A stretch of 64,000 nt of DNA from Mytilus edulis (lineage: Eukaryota), in assembly GCF_963676685.1 (NCBI RefSeq), contig NC_092356.1, forward strand, positions 36,270,001-36,334,000. Reading direction: 5' to 3'. The number at the start of each line of letters is the position of its first letter. Positions within the stretch are counted from its first letter, which is position 1. Below, one piece after another: positions 37,495-50,882 of this stretch. The position numbers and the translations under genes are program-made. The notes below the pieces were generated by a model. It was not told the DNA's origin, did no database searches, and saw nothing but the letters and a program-made list of their open reading frames with translations.

Positions 37495-37911
37495 CTACCT
37501 ACCGACCCTAATTTTTTGGGGCATGCAACAGGAAACACACCTATTTTTTTTTTTTGGCCTCACTAAGGTTTTCATGGGTATTGAGGTGGGGCAGGGACAT
37601 AGATTTACTATGGGATTGCATCTTTTTTCCTAAGCGGGTCGAGTATCCACTTAAAAAATCATCGTGATTTTATCTCTTTGTCAAGAGTGGGGCGAGTTGA
37701 CAGACCTTATCATGTCAGCAGGATTTTAAGCCTTTTCATAAGTGGGGCATGTTATCCAACCTATTTGCAAAGGGATTTTAGCCTTTTTCATAAGTGGGGC
37801 GAGTTGGTAAACAAGAGTGGGGCGATTTTTTAAAAAGTGGGGCAAGTTTGTGAAAAAGTGGGGCGATTAGGTGTGGGGCGATTTGCCAGTGGGGCGATTT
37901 GTCATGGATTC
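36111..37911. mobile_element. MULE-like MITE
   Basis: TCGCCCCAC subterminal repeats, inverted at the right end; 9-bp TSD ATTTTACTA. Confidence 0.8.
36588..37559. mobile_element. PIF/Harbinger-like MITE nested in the MULE MITE
   Basis: TIR GGCC(A)nTAGGTGTGTTTCC; 3-bp TSD TCA. Confidence 0.75.
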
Positions 37912-40677
37912 ATTTTACTACTCATGCCAGCTAGTGACCCTTTAAAGCACATTAAGCTGAAAAACATTATAGTTCAAAGCATTAATTTTTTTTTAGGCAT
38001 TTCGTGATGATAAGAATAGGGTACCCCACATGACCAATGAGGGTGAAACATTTAAATGTTAATGTATAATGTTAGCAATACACATTTTACTCTTTTTGAT
38101 GTGGTTACAAAGTGAGATTTGACGAATAATGATAAAAAGTTAAGGCTCATTTGACGCTAGTGAAAAACAGACTTTTGACATTTGACAATAAAGGGCATTC
38201 ATACATTTTCCCTCTTTCATCAGCATGTACTATCATTTTAGGTGACAATAAGTATAAAAAAAATAGGTTAAAATCGTTGTTTTCTCTAAAACTCTTGCCT
38301 TGCGGTCATAAAACTTTTGAGCACGATTTATGTACTCAGACTCAAGAATCAACCAATCAAAATACTGGATTTTGTGTTTCGAGCATGATTTTTTTGCTTT
38401 GAGCACTGAGCAAAGTTTTATGACTTCAACCCCTGGGTTAATTCCAAATCTTTGCATCGGTGCAGAGTTCTTGATATTTTTGTTCCTTGTGGTCCAGACT
38501 TGTGATGTAAGATTTAGCAATGAATCACATAATCATTAATACTAGTTATGTATAAATAATTTCCTGATTCATTGTTAAATCTTAATATGGAGACGAAGTC
38601 CCCAATAACAGTAGAAAAATCAATAAAAAAAAATTTAAAAAAATCGGGAAAATTTTCCCGAAATTTTCATTGTACTATTAAACTCAAAATCAGGAAATTT
38701 TTTTGGATGTCATGATTTAAATTTCCGCATCTGCGCAGAAATCTATAATGTACTTCCTTTTTCCGGTCTCGTATGTATGAAACTTTGAGTAAAATATATA
38801 TTTATCAGTCTAGTATAAAATAGCAAGGAACGCAATACCAATTTCATTTTTAATTATTTCTTGATATGAAAAAACATTACCTGATGATAGCATTTCTTTG
38901 TTTACATTGCATATGACGTCATAACTAAAATCCCTAACAACAGAACCAAAATCGGAAACGTTATGGTATTTCCGTTTCTTTTTTTTAACAAATATTTAAG
39001 TTACAAAAAAATAATTCATACAGACTTCGTCCCCATTTACAGGTAATGCCTGCCTCATATTAAATCTCATATTTGTTATAAATCAAAAACAACAACAACA
39101 ATATTTTATTTTAAGAGGGTTACACAGTAAGTTATATACCTAATCTTCCCTGAGGCCCTCATCATAAAAAATCATAAACAAAATGCAAAACTATACATTG
39201 CATACATCATATATCATTAGTATAAAAGTCAAGTATGTTAACAATTTATGCTCTATACAACTTGATAAAATGTTAGGAAAAAAATAATTATGATGACATA
39301 ATCAGTTTTCAATATTTTTTCAACATTTATTTAGGCCTACAGTATAAAAATAGTAATATGTAGTAATGATTGCAATTAGGAACCTATTCATCAAGACCAT
39401 ACAACAAAAATGTGTACACTTGCAGAATTCTGTACAACCTTCATCAATGATCAAAACTCATACTTTTTGTTCTTATTTGTACATATGTACATAAGCAGTA
39501 AACTATAACATGCACAAGAAATGAATGTACTAAGTAACAAAAAAATTGAATTGTTTTTTTATGTTTTAAAATCACTTACCATCACTACAAATTTGTTAAT
39601 TTGACTTCACTTTAGCGCAAGGCCAACTTTTAAAAAATATGCATAAGATGTCCGTAACTTATAAGTAAAAAATAATCAGACTGTCCGTAACTTTATTTTC
39701 GGATGTGGGTAACTTTTTTTTTTAAATTGTAAGATTAGCAATTTCAACACTTAAAGGACAATAAACACTAGCAAACCCCTTAATTATTACACAGATTTAT
39801 ACAATAACGATATGCTTCAAACTAAACAAGAGAAAAAAGCAAACCAGAGTGTCACAGATTTTCCATTAAATTAAAAAAAATTATTCCCAGGATAAAACGG
39901 GATCTGACGATAGCAACATGTATCTAACATTCTTCTAGCTTTTTAGATTGTTCACTGATGAGTGCTTGGCCTGTGTAGCCGCGGAAAAAATTGATATCCT
40001 TTCCTTTAAATGATTTCTGAATTGTTAGCCAAAACAATATGGTCTCTTCACTATATCTAGTGTGATGTTTTGTTGATTGTGAGAAAAAAAATCCCAATAT
40101 CTAGGAGTAGATGGAAGGCTATATTGTTGAACAGGTGTCAGTTTATTATAGCAATAAAGGTAGATTTAAAATCTTCTAAAAGTTTCATTGACCCCAGTGA
40201 TTCAATAAGATCGGGTATCTAATCATACATATCTTCTTTAGAGGTTTGGATTGATTCATTTATGTTTTTCTGCTAAGGATTGACCTCCGAACTTGTTCTC
40301 CTAAGGTGATTTACATATGTTTACTATAATGTAATTTCTACAGTTGGAAATGGTGAGATTTATAACCTGCATGTCATGATTTATCATCTAAAACTTAAGC
40401 AGTTAACAATCTATAAAGCCAGTAGAATGTAAGATGCATTAATTTTGCCGTACAATTTTCTACATAAGAAAATGGCAGTTGTTATCCATTCGGTTGAGCT
40501 TTGGACTTTTCCATTTGATAAGAGACTTAAGTTACCCACGGCCGTTTAAGCACAGTGACTTGTAGACTAACTGTAATATATCATGTATATATTCCATTAC
40601 ATTACAATGTATGTTTGAAACTTTACAGGTTCAAAATGACAAAGTGATTGTTACAGAACATCCAGTGCCCATACAAC

Positions 40678-41070
40678 ATGCCTGGAAGGCCCCATGAAGA
40701 AATGCTGCTTGGCGGGCTTGCAGCTGTCGGAGCAGGGTTTTTCACCAATCCCCTTGAAGTTGTAAAAACACGTATGCAACTGCAAGGTGAACTTAAAGCA
40801 AGAGGACACTATGCTGTTCATTATCGCAACTCTCTTCATGCCATTTACACAATATTCAAAAGTGATGGAATCATTCGACTACAGAGTGGACTGGTTCCTG
40901 CCCTGTGGTACCAGTTGTTTATGAATGGGATGAGGTTAGGATCATACCAGATCATGACTAATTTAGGACTATTAAATGGAAGTGATGGTAAAGTCAGTTT
41001 TTTAAAGAGTATATTAGGTGGAGCTTCCGCTGGCTGTGTTGGGGCAATAGTTGGAAGTCCATTTTATATG
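40678..41070 (+). CDS. SLC25A35: SLC25A35/34-like copy B, coding exon 1
   Basis: [40 protein letters not shown]...GSPFYM|gt; upstream acceptor ttacag ending 40628 implies a 5' UTR intron. Confidence 0.9.
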
Positions 41071-41161
41071 GTAAAATATACAAATTAAATATCTCAAAAT
41101 AACTGGCCCCTGCCATGCCTGCTGAAGTTAAATGAATTTAAGAATTATGAAATAACATTAA

Positions 41162-41741
41162 AGGAGTAGGTCCAGTAAGACCCCTTTTTGGCCCCAAAAT
41201 ATAGCAGTTTTACAAAATTGTTAAAATGTTAACTTTTAGTTATTTATTGGATAGTAGAATGGTTCTGCTACATAAATATGGACTGTTTTTGACAATAAAA
41301 GGCACATTTATTGGGTACTAGCACCATTAAGTCATGCTAAATTACTGAAATCTTCACAATTCCAGCATTTTAGTTAAATTTTAGATGGTTTCCGTGTAAA
41401 ACGAAAGTGGCCGCATTCGTGTTCATCCAAAATATTGAAATGGAAGTTGTATTTGATGATAATACATAACATATATAAAGATCGAGGATGAACACGGATG
41501 CGGCCACTTTCGTTTTTGACAAAAACCATCTGAAAAGTGACATTTTTTCGCATATTTGGTAGATTTATCATGTTTGAGCTTGTATCGGATCGTTTTTAAG
41601 GACTAAATAAGTTAAAATCTATCACATAATTTAATTGAATCATATGAAATAGACACTTAAGTGTTAAAAAAGTGGTCAAAATCTTTCGTCAGATGAAACT
41701 GAAATTTGAGGCCAAAATCGGTCCTTACCGGACCTACTCCT
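41162..41741. mobile_element. Kolobok-like MITE
   Basis: TIR AGGAGTAGGTCC; TTAA/TTGA flanks; internal inverted repeat. Confidence 0.75.
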
Positions 41742-42117
41742 TTGATTATACTTCACGTTAAAATGCCATATTTTGATAGGCTTATACGAGGGTGTTAATT
41801 TACCCTATCACATGGCTGAGCGGGTGACAATTTTTTTGAATATCACCCTCTCGTCCAGACCAATTAAAAATCGTAATTTAAAAGACAAAGAATTGAATTT
41901 ACATCAATTTATTAAAGGCAATGATGAGGTTCTACTTTTTTGCTCAGATTTCTATTATTTGACTGTCAAAATAAAAAAAAGTAAAATATCTGGTTCCACT
42001 TCTGTTTAGTATTTTTCTAAACCAATAACGTTGCTGTGTATGTGACGTCATAGAAATTACTTTTAAATAAAATTCATCTGTAAAAGACAATAATGATAGG
42101 ACATTCAGTGTAATAAA

Positions 42118-42259
42118 TTAAATGACACATAGCTGAGAGGGTGATAGAGGAGATTGTTACCCCTCAAAAAAGCATTGTCAACCTTGGCTTCGCCGCAGTT
42201 GACAATGTTTTTTCGGGGTAACAATCTCCTCTATCACCCTCTCAGCTATGTGTTATTTA
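42118..42259. repeat. ~140-bp near-perfect palindrome (probably part of a hairpin-type element)
   Basis: ACACATAGCTGAGAGGGTGATAGAGGAGATTGTTACCCC...GGGGTAACAATCTCCTCTATCACCCTCTCAGCTATGTGT. Confidence 0.85.
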
Positions 42260-42419
42260 TATAATATTCCTTTATGCCCTTGTCACTCCTTCAATTGTGT
42301 AGGAAATAGATCCACAATAATTTTTAACAGCTGCTTTAGCTAATTTATTATTGATAGGTTGAAGATTTTGTTCAAACAAAACAAATCTTCTAATGTTGTC
42401 TTTTCCCCATCTTTTTCAG

Positions 42420-42638
42420 GTTAAAACACAACTTCAGAGTAGATCCGCTAGTTCTATTGCTGTAGGATACCAGCACGGACATGGAAGCATGATAGAAGGA
42501 TTTTCTGGTATCCTTAAGGAGCATGGTATAGGAGGCTTATGGAGAGGAGTAACTGGTGCCATGTTCAGGGTAATGATTGGATCTGCTGCTCAACTCACAA
42601 CTTTTTCTACTGCCAAAGAATATATACTTAGTTTGAAG
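42420..42638 (+). CDS. SLC25A35: SLC25A35/34-like copy B, exon 2
   Basis: ttttcag/gtaagt; VKTQLQS...IAVGYQH...GLWRGV...RVMIGSAAQL. Confidence 0.92.
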
Positions 42639-43263
42639 GTAAGTAAAAGATAAGTTTGAAGGGTACTTTGGTTTGCTAATGATTTAAGATAAGTTACCAC
42701 ACAAAAATATTCTTAATACCATATACTGTTAAGTTAACCATTCCAAAATATAACAGACTGCTGACAAAGATATCCAGTTTGCTGTCTTTTGAATGTTTGT
42801 ACACATCTTAACATGAAAAATTGACATCATTGTTATACACAAATATATATCATGTATATCATGTATATAGAAATCATTAATTTATGTTAATTGGAACAAA
42901 AACACATTTTCAAAAGACACCTAGTAGGCAATATAGTCATTCCGTCAATTTAAACATAAAGGCATGACTTTCACATAACTTTTCTTTACATCAGCATTCA
43001 CAGTGACAAAATCCTTTGACAGGGAAGCCTGAAACTGCAAATATTAATGTTAAAATTTCTAAAGAAAATGTAAAACTTTTTTTTTAAAATCAGATCAGTT
43101 ATTGGTTATTCTTGTTCTATATGTATTATTATTATGTACATGGGGGAACATATACTTGCCTCTGCATATCACTAAAGTTATACATGTATTGCTATAGAGC
43201 AACAAAAACATCTATTACCATGGCACGTTTATTCCAAAGAGACAGAATACATCACTTTACAAA

Positions 43264-43998
43264 TACTGTATAAACATTAATTTTCGTGGGGTTAAAATTT
43301 CGTGGTTTTGTATTCAAAAATAAGTTCGTGGGGATTAATTTTCGTGGTTTTTAAGTTTAGAAAAAAATTATATAAATGTCACTTTATAATTGTCAATACT
43401 AAATAAAACTGATCTGAACTTTCGCCGATGGGAAAAATCAATAATTGCATCTCATAGTAACAGTAATCAAGGGTTGTAACCTGCACACACTAATTGACTT
43501 TTTCACACCTTTGATGTTTTATCCAAGGACAATGATTGTGTAATAAATGTATTACGACTTGAGGGCATTACAGACGCATTATTAGACTATTAAAGGACAT
43601 AAAGGGAATTTCTCGCTACATTGAAGACCTGTTGGTGACCCTCTGCTGTTGTTTTTTATTTGGTCGGGTTGTTGTCTCTTTGACACATTCCCCATTTCCA
43701 TTCTCAATTTTATTGATTGACAGTTCTTCATGATTATTAATTACTGTACAAACAAAGGATTAGAATTATCATCTGACTTTAAGAAAACCTTTGAATATCG
43801 GTGTCTAATCAATTAACCTATTTATTTCATTGTCTGCATTTTTGTTCATCAACTATATAATGTCAATAGGATTTAGTCTCATCATAAAATAATGTAAATC
43901 TACAGTTAAATTTTCGTTGGGGTTTTAATTTCGTGGATAGTTCTTATCCACGAAATAAACAAAATTAAATCCCCCACGAAAATTTCTGCTTTTACAGT
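43264..43998. mobile_element. TA-flanked MITE with TTCGTGG subterminal repeats
   Basis: TACTGTA...TACAGTA ends; related element at 50218-54040. Confidence 0.6.
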
Positions 43999-44067
43999 AT
44001 GCATCGCTATACAAAGGGACACAACTCTCATGACTTACTGTAAAACACATACCATGTATATACATTA

Positions 44068-44676
44068 GGGCTATTTCAGAAAAAAATGTATGGGGGTGTT
44101 GGAAGGCAGTTTTTGTCAGCACCTGCCACCCAGACAATTGTATTTGAGAATTATAGTGCATTATAGTGTGAAAAGTTGCTCTGATACCAATCACCCATGT
44201 ATTATTAAACAAGCAATCAATACCATACTAATTTTAATCAAAACAACAAGGTTCAATGGACACCCAAGCTGTCAACACATGGCCATTGTTGACAAAAACA
44301 TCAAACGAAACTGGCATAATTAAAACAATGAGAAAAGTATAATTATTTTATTAAGATTTTTTATTTTAATATGACACAAATAAATACATTCAAAAATACT
44401 CTCAACTTTCTCACCAATCTGAAAATAGAAATGAAACAAATTACGGTGTGAGTTACAAAAGGAGAAAATATTCATGACACTATCAGGTCAGTAGAATAAA
44501 TATACGTTTTCTTCAGTGTGCGCTTAATATTCAGGTGCGTTTTATGTAAGGACAAAAACAATCTTCCCCCCTAAAAACGGCCGTGCGGCTTATAAAACGA
44601 TGCGCTTTAAATTCGAAAATATACGGTAATATAATGTGCCTTCCAACCCCCCATTCATTTTTTTCTGGAATAGCCC
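44068..44676. mobile_element. PIF/Harbinger-like MITE
   Basis: TTA-GGGCTATTTCAGAAAAAA...TTTTCTGGAATAGCCC-TTA. Confidence 0.75.
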
Positions 44677-44706
44677 TTACATTAATCACCACTCATTCTT
44701 AGCTTA

Positions 44707-46092
44707 GGCCACACCAATTTAATTTCTTGTTCTGTCCAATAATTGGGGCGAGTGAGCGATTTGAAAATTTTAATGAAAAATATTTAATTTGCAAATTTTT
44801 GAGGCGAAGCTTGAAAAGTAAAGGTGAGCGATTATAATAATTTTTTGTAAAAATAAAATAGTAGGACTTGACAATATCAAAACTTGATTTATCACTTGTA
44901 CTTTGACATTTCTTTAATTTATGAAGTATTTTTTCCCCTGTTTACCAAGAAATAATTGAATAATTAAATCTGGTCTTTGTATGTGTGACTGACAATGAGA
45001 CAATTCCCCATCCAAGTCATAATCAAGTTGGGAACAACCCCTTAATGTTATAAATATCCCTTTTAATGAGGGGTCAATATAACTTTATAATATATTTTTT
45101 TGTAAAAAACACTTTTTAGTACAAAATTAAGGGCTCATATTTTCCCAAAGAACTATATATGTATCTGGTATTAAATGGTCAAAGAATTTTGTAATATTTC
45201 TGGACTTTAACCATGTTAACACATTTACTTTAACAGTTTAATATTATTCAAAATAAGGCCCCTCTTTTAGAAAAGTTGTTAAAAATATGTTGTATTTAAC
45301 CTCTTTTTGAGTAAAAAATTCTAAGTTATCAAAGGTTTTGTATAGTAGCACTTTACAAATCCTTGGTATTTCTATTTTCTTTTCTACAACAGTAAAATGA
45401 CTCCTTGTCTAAAAAGGGGGGGGAGGTATTGTTCCCAACCTGATAATAACAAACCCAGGTCAAAGTACGACCTTTTACACAGGGCTTTGATCAATACCAA
45501 ACAGCAAGCTATTAGGGACCCCAAAATCATTAGTGTACACAATTCGAACAGGAAAACCAATGATATAATTTATATATCCAAACAGGAAAATACCCATACA
45601 CCACATCAACAAATGACAACTGCTGAACGACATGTCCCTGGATCAATCAGGACAGGTGCATAAACATACAGCGGCTATGGGTAGTTTTGTTTCGCCAGCA
45701 TACAATATAATTGTCATTGAAGGCAACTCTTTAAGAAGTTCCTTGTATTTTATTCTAACAACGAACATTTTGTGATAGGGAATATAGGTCAGGGGGAAAG
45801 AAACCTATGTTTTGTTCTGTATAGGTATTTCCGCTGTTATATTTCGGAGCACTCCAACTTGGGATTAATTGGTTTCACAGATATGTACAGTGTGGTGGGG
45901 TGCTAATAGGTTTAAAATCATTATATTTATACAGGTCTAAAAGACTTTGATGTAAAGACAAACGTTTATATCTTTTGGACATGATTACATTTACGGATGC
46001 AGGAAGCGGGAATATAAAAAAATTTAAAAATCTGTTTTGAAAAAAATAGGTGCGGGCGGGTCAGTCTAACAAGGAATTAAATTGGTGTGGCC
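44707..46092. mobile_element. PIF/Harbinger-like MITE
   Basis: TTA-GGCCACACCAATTTAATT...AATTAAATTGGTGTGGCC-TTA. Confidence 0.78.
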
Positions 46093-46161
46093 TTAAATAC
46101 TTATGATTTTGCCAATTATGATTGTGAACTATACTATACCTACATACTTCTTACCTTTCAG

Positions 46162-46515
46162 GTATTCAATGACACATCGATACTCATTCCATTCTGTTCT
46201 AGTATAGTTAGTGGTATCGTATTGACAGTGTTTATGACTCCGCCTGATGTAATGTGTACTCGTTTATATAACCAAGGAGTGGACGCTAATGGAAAAGGAC
46301 TGTATTATAAAAACCTTCTAGACTGTGGCATCAAAATCATGAAAAAGGAAGGACCATGGGGGTTTTATAAAGGCTGGGGACCATCCTTTTTAAGGATTGC
46401 TCCTCATTCTGTTCTTAGTTTGATGTTTTGGGACCAGTTGCGAAAAACATATGAAAAATGTTATCATAAACATATAGAAATTGATATTCCAGATTCTGTT
46501 AAATCATCTGAATAG
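46162..46515 (+). CDS. SLC25A35: SLC25A35/34-like copy B, exon 3 (321 aa total)
   Basis: ctttcag acceptor; MTPPDVMCTRLYNQ...GFYKGWGPSFLRIAPHSVL; TAG stop. Confidence 0.92.
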   Translation, partial: VFNDTSILIPFCSSIVSGIVLTVFMTPPDVMCTRLYNQGVDANGKGLYYKNLLDCGIKIMKKEGPWGFYKGWGPSFLRIAPHSVLSLMFWDQLRKTYEKCYHKHIEIDIPDSVKSSE

Positions 46516-47653
46516 ATGTACTGAAACTGGTGGCACTTTGAAGATGTATAATTAATCAGATATTTACACACGGGTGATCTTTATTTTCTTAATTGTTGGT
46601 TTTATATGTTTATTATGCCCTGCCTACAAAAGAGGGGAGGTATTGTGTTGTCTAATCTGTGCAATTGTCTATTATTGTCTATCAGGTATTGCAGCATAAA
46701 GCAATCACCAACCAATCAATCATCTAGCCAGTATTGAGTTTCAGGTTAGAATTTTTGGTCAAGGTACTTGACTATTTACTTGTGGTCACATCAACTTGAA
46801 ACTTAGTCCACATGTTAATAATGATAGATGATATATATTGAAGTTTTTACCTACATTTTGCAGTCTACTCAACTTTGAAATGCAAGTGTGAGCAGGGCAT
46901 GGTGTCCCATGAAAACATATATTTTTACTATATTTATACCTTTATCTTCCATTGGATAAAGTGGCCTCTGTGACTGAATATTCTAAGTACCGTAAATTCA
47001 GAAATTATTGCTATGTTTTTGCTATGTTTTTATTATTGTGACCGAGTTATAAAAGCAATTATTTAAACTCGCATTTTGAAATTATTTAAATGAATTATAA
47101 CAGTATTTTTATCCATATCGCAAAAATTAAAATTGCATTTTAGTCTAAAATGACAAAATGGCAATAATAAATGCATGCAATAATTTTTGAATTTAGAGTA
47201 GTCAAACAACTACACTGTCAACACTGAGGTTGTGAGTTTGAATCCCCAACATGGCAGTTGTATTCATCTCCAATCTTAATTGGCCTAATTATTTATAATT
47301 CATCTTGTGAAAGTATATTTGACTATTTGTTCTTCCCAAATGGAATCAGTAGACTTTAGGTATTTTTAGAAGTTGTTTTGTTCAGTATAATACATGTATA
47401 ATATTTTAATAATGACTGGTTATGAGGGTAATAGAAAGATTGGTAACAACTATCACACTCTGCTCTGCCCTGCCTCAAACAATAGTTGCTATCTCAGGGA
47501 CAACAAACTTTATATTTCCCTCATAACTAGTCAATAAGTGTATACCGGTACTGTTATATTTGTTATATCTGCAATCAATGTTAAAATACTTCAATTTTAC
47601 ATATAGATTATCATTGATCATCTCAATGAGATTGATTTTCTTGCTTGAGCCGG

Positions 47654-48911
47654 CAGTGGAGTAGCTGGGTCATTTTTACGTGTACGCCCGAACCTTGGCG
47701 AGGGATATGAGGGGTTCCAACCGCTCAATGTTAAAGCATCTGCTGGTAGTGGGTTCGAAAGGGAAAGCTATCGAGAATGTACTATAATGATTCCTGTCAG
47801 TAAAAAATCATTGATAGCAACATACTTTTGATTCTAAATGGTTTATTTGTTTTGGTTAAATTTTGTAATATCTTAATGTATTCAACTGTTAAACTGGTAG
47901 CTAGCCTAATGGGCATTGGTTTTAGAGAAAACGTCCAAACCAATATTACTTTTAAATAAGTTTAAAGGGTGCCGTGAGTGAGCATACAATCGAGAAAAGC
48001 ACAAAAAAAAAATATTTCTAAGAGGAGCAATATAAAAAAATTCTTGAACACCTAGGATTTCTTCCCACAAAAAGTGAATCAATTTTTCATTCCTTCAAAG
48101 GGATTTAAAAATAATCTAAAATTTTCTTTTGATATTTTTTTCTTGATCTGGAATATTTCACAATCTATGAAGGTTTTATAAATTGAGCATGTAAAACAAT
48201 TAATTGCGTAAAAAAGAGTCCGGCTATCTGTCTATCAGAAAAGAACAGAAAAATGAACGAAAACAAATGCTTTCAAAATTTTAGCTGTAGACATTAGTCA
48301 TAGAAAAAGTTTTTTCAGCATTTTCATAAAATTCGAGGAAGGTTCGACAATTGTTAATGTAATTGAGAAATAACAAAGTGTAAGCCCAAACTGCGAACAC
48401 TTATTAAATGCAGAATACATTTTGTCCTTAAAATGCGGGAAAGTAAAAGATAAGTACATTATTATATTGCTCTGAATACTCTTTTGATCATAAACAGTTT
48501 CTGTTCAACTTTCGTAAAATTTCACGGAGAGTCATTCAAAAGACTTTATCCACATTCGGAACCAAAATATTGACGCCGCTTTGTCTCGCTTTTGGGACAT
48601 AAATCACAGGCTCGACAAAAATACAAACAGCATATTGAATCTGAGCAGATAGTGAATTGCTTTAAATATAAGAAAAGTACGTAGAATTCATAGTAGATTC
48701 AGACTTTTACAAAAGATTCGAATAAATATATTAAATGATCTATTTGAGTAAATTTAGTCCCTTTTTATTCAAAATTACAATCCATTGAAAAAAGAAGCAC
48801 AAGGCTGATGTGCTTTTGACCAGTTTTTCTTATTCTATGTCGATTATTTGTTTTTTTTCAAAATTCAAGTGTACGCCCGGGCGTTTTGACGTAAACGTAG
48901 CTACGCGCATG
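47654..48911. mobile_element. CAG-ended hAT-like element inserted into the loop of a palindromic element
   Basis: CAGTGGAGTAGCT...AGCTACGCGCATG; 5-bp TSD GCCGG; flanks ~47607-47640 and ~48930-48966 are inverted arms. Confidence 0.65.
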
Positions 48912-50882
48912 GCCGGTACGGTGAACGTGAGAAAAGCAATCAAGTTGAGATGACCAATGATAATCTGTTTATCGCTATTTTACTTATGACGATGTTGTTG
49001 TTTATTTCATTACATAGGGCATGTGCACAGTTAGTTTCTAGCGACAATTTTTCATATCACTCTACTGTTCTGAGACAGGAAACTATTAGTCAGTAAGATC
49101 AAAGGAAAATTTCGTAAAATAGCGATAATTTTTGTTATTTGTATCTGATGTTTATGGATTGTATCAAGTAATGAAATTATGTTAAACAGAAATGCATATA
49201 CATGTACTGATGATTCGTTAATATTTGTTAGGTACCAATTGTTGTTTATTTTGTGGGTATAGATTAACCTTGAATTATGTGTTCAATAATGTACAATTTC
49301 TCTTAAGATTTGTATGCAGACTTTAGACAAATATGTAATCAAATTAAGAAATATCCAAGAAAGTACTGTTAACAATTTCCCTATAACCCGCAAATATTAG
49401 AACTGACAAAAAATAAATAAGTACACAGTCATGACTTTATTTGTTAAAATTATGGAAACAATCAAAGTAGTACCTTGGTAAGGTTGTTTGTATTTATAAT
49501 TTCAGGGACTGTTGTTAGAACAGAATCTTTCTTTCTATCAAACTGTTATATTTGTTGTGGTCAAATATCTTTCAAAGAATATTTAATACAAGAATTTTAT
49601 AATTGTCCTATTAAAATGATGAATAATAATACATATAATATTTTTGTATATTGGTGTTGAAACATACATTCAAAATGTATGAGAGTGTTTAAACTTTAAT
49701 GCTATTAAAATGTCTGAAGATTGTCTGTAGGTAGAACTTCCGTCTTTATCTGGTGACTTATACTGTAGAAATAAAACAATTTATCATCCAAGATATTGAA
49801 AACTCAGTTACTTGTATAAAGGTATGAACCAAAATTCAAGTAAAGCCTGAAAATGGTAATATTTTTTGTGCAAATTTTTTTAGTCAAAATATTAAAGGAA
49901 TGTGGATTTCTCAGTCTGAGAAACTAAATTATCTTTTATTTTGTTACGGTAGTCCTCTATCATATCTATGAATTAAAATTATATGCTTTAAATTATACCG
50001 AATCTAATGCCAAATATGATTGTTGTATTTTGTATATGATCTGAGTGTACCAATATTAATTCCATGTGTGGTAAACCGTAAACAGCCTCATTATAATCTC
50101 TATTTTTTAATCACAGAGATCTGTTGATGAATTATTTGTTAAATGTTATTTAGAGTTGTTACTTTATCTTGTATTGTATAATAAAATTATGAATCAGCTT
50201 GTACTTTTATTACTTAATACTATGGATTCAGTTATTTTCGTGGTTATTAATTTTCGTGGATTGTTGAAAACTTGCATTTTCATGGATATTTGATTTTGTG
50301 GTTTTGTCACTTTCTGTATACAGTCTATTGAAAATATGTTATTCGGTTGAACATTTGAATTTGTGCTTCACCTGAAACCCACAACACCTACGAAAATTGG
50401 GTGTCTTCCCGATTGTCCCACTTTTTGAAATTACAGGTAAAAAGGTAGTGAATTTTTGTGGGACAATCGGGAAGATGTTTGTGGGACAGTTGGGAAGTTT
50501 AATTGTGGGACAATCGGGAATTGTTTTGATTGTGATTAATCTGTTTTATAGTGTGAAGTAGGTAATTACAGGTAACTAATAATTTAACTTGTAAAATATG
50601 AAAAAAAAGAAGATAAAATGATTATCAAATATTTTATTTTGCACATATTAATATGAAATAGCAGTAAACATAGAAAATAATGCAAAGTCATAAAATATAA
50701 TACATCAAGCACTACTCATTTCTTCATTAATGTATGATAATGGATTTCAATCAAGCATTTTGGAACACAATTGATAATATAAAGCACACACATTGTAGAA
50801 GGTTCAACAATAAAGCATACACAATACATAAGAATACCATTAAAGCTTAATCATACATAGCACAAAATATCATTAAACAAAT

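Noticed and set aside
39955-39992. CTGATGA...GAAA as another hammerhead
   Set aside because: No closing pair for stem II and no stem III or stem I
40648-40677. TTG start for carrier copy B
   Set aside because: The first in-frame ATG at 40678 aligns with the family N-terminus
46960-47290. tRNA gene
   Set aside because: Only a degenerate B-box (GAGTTTGAATCCC) and no cloverleaf; at most a SINE fragment interrupted by a MITE
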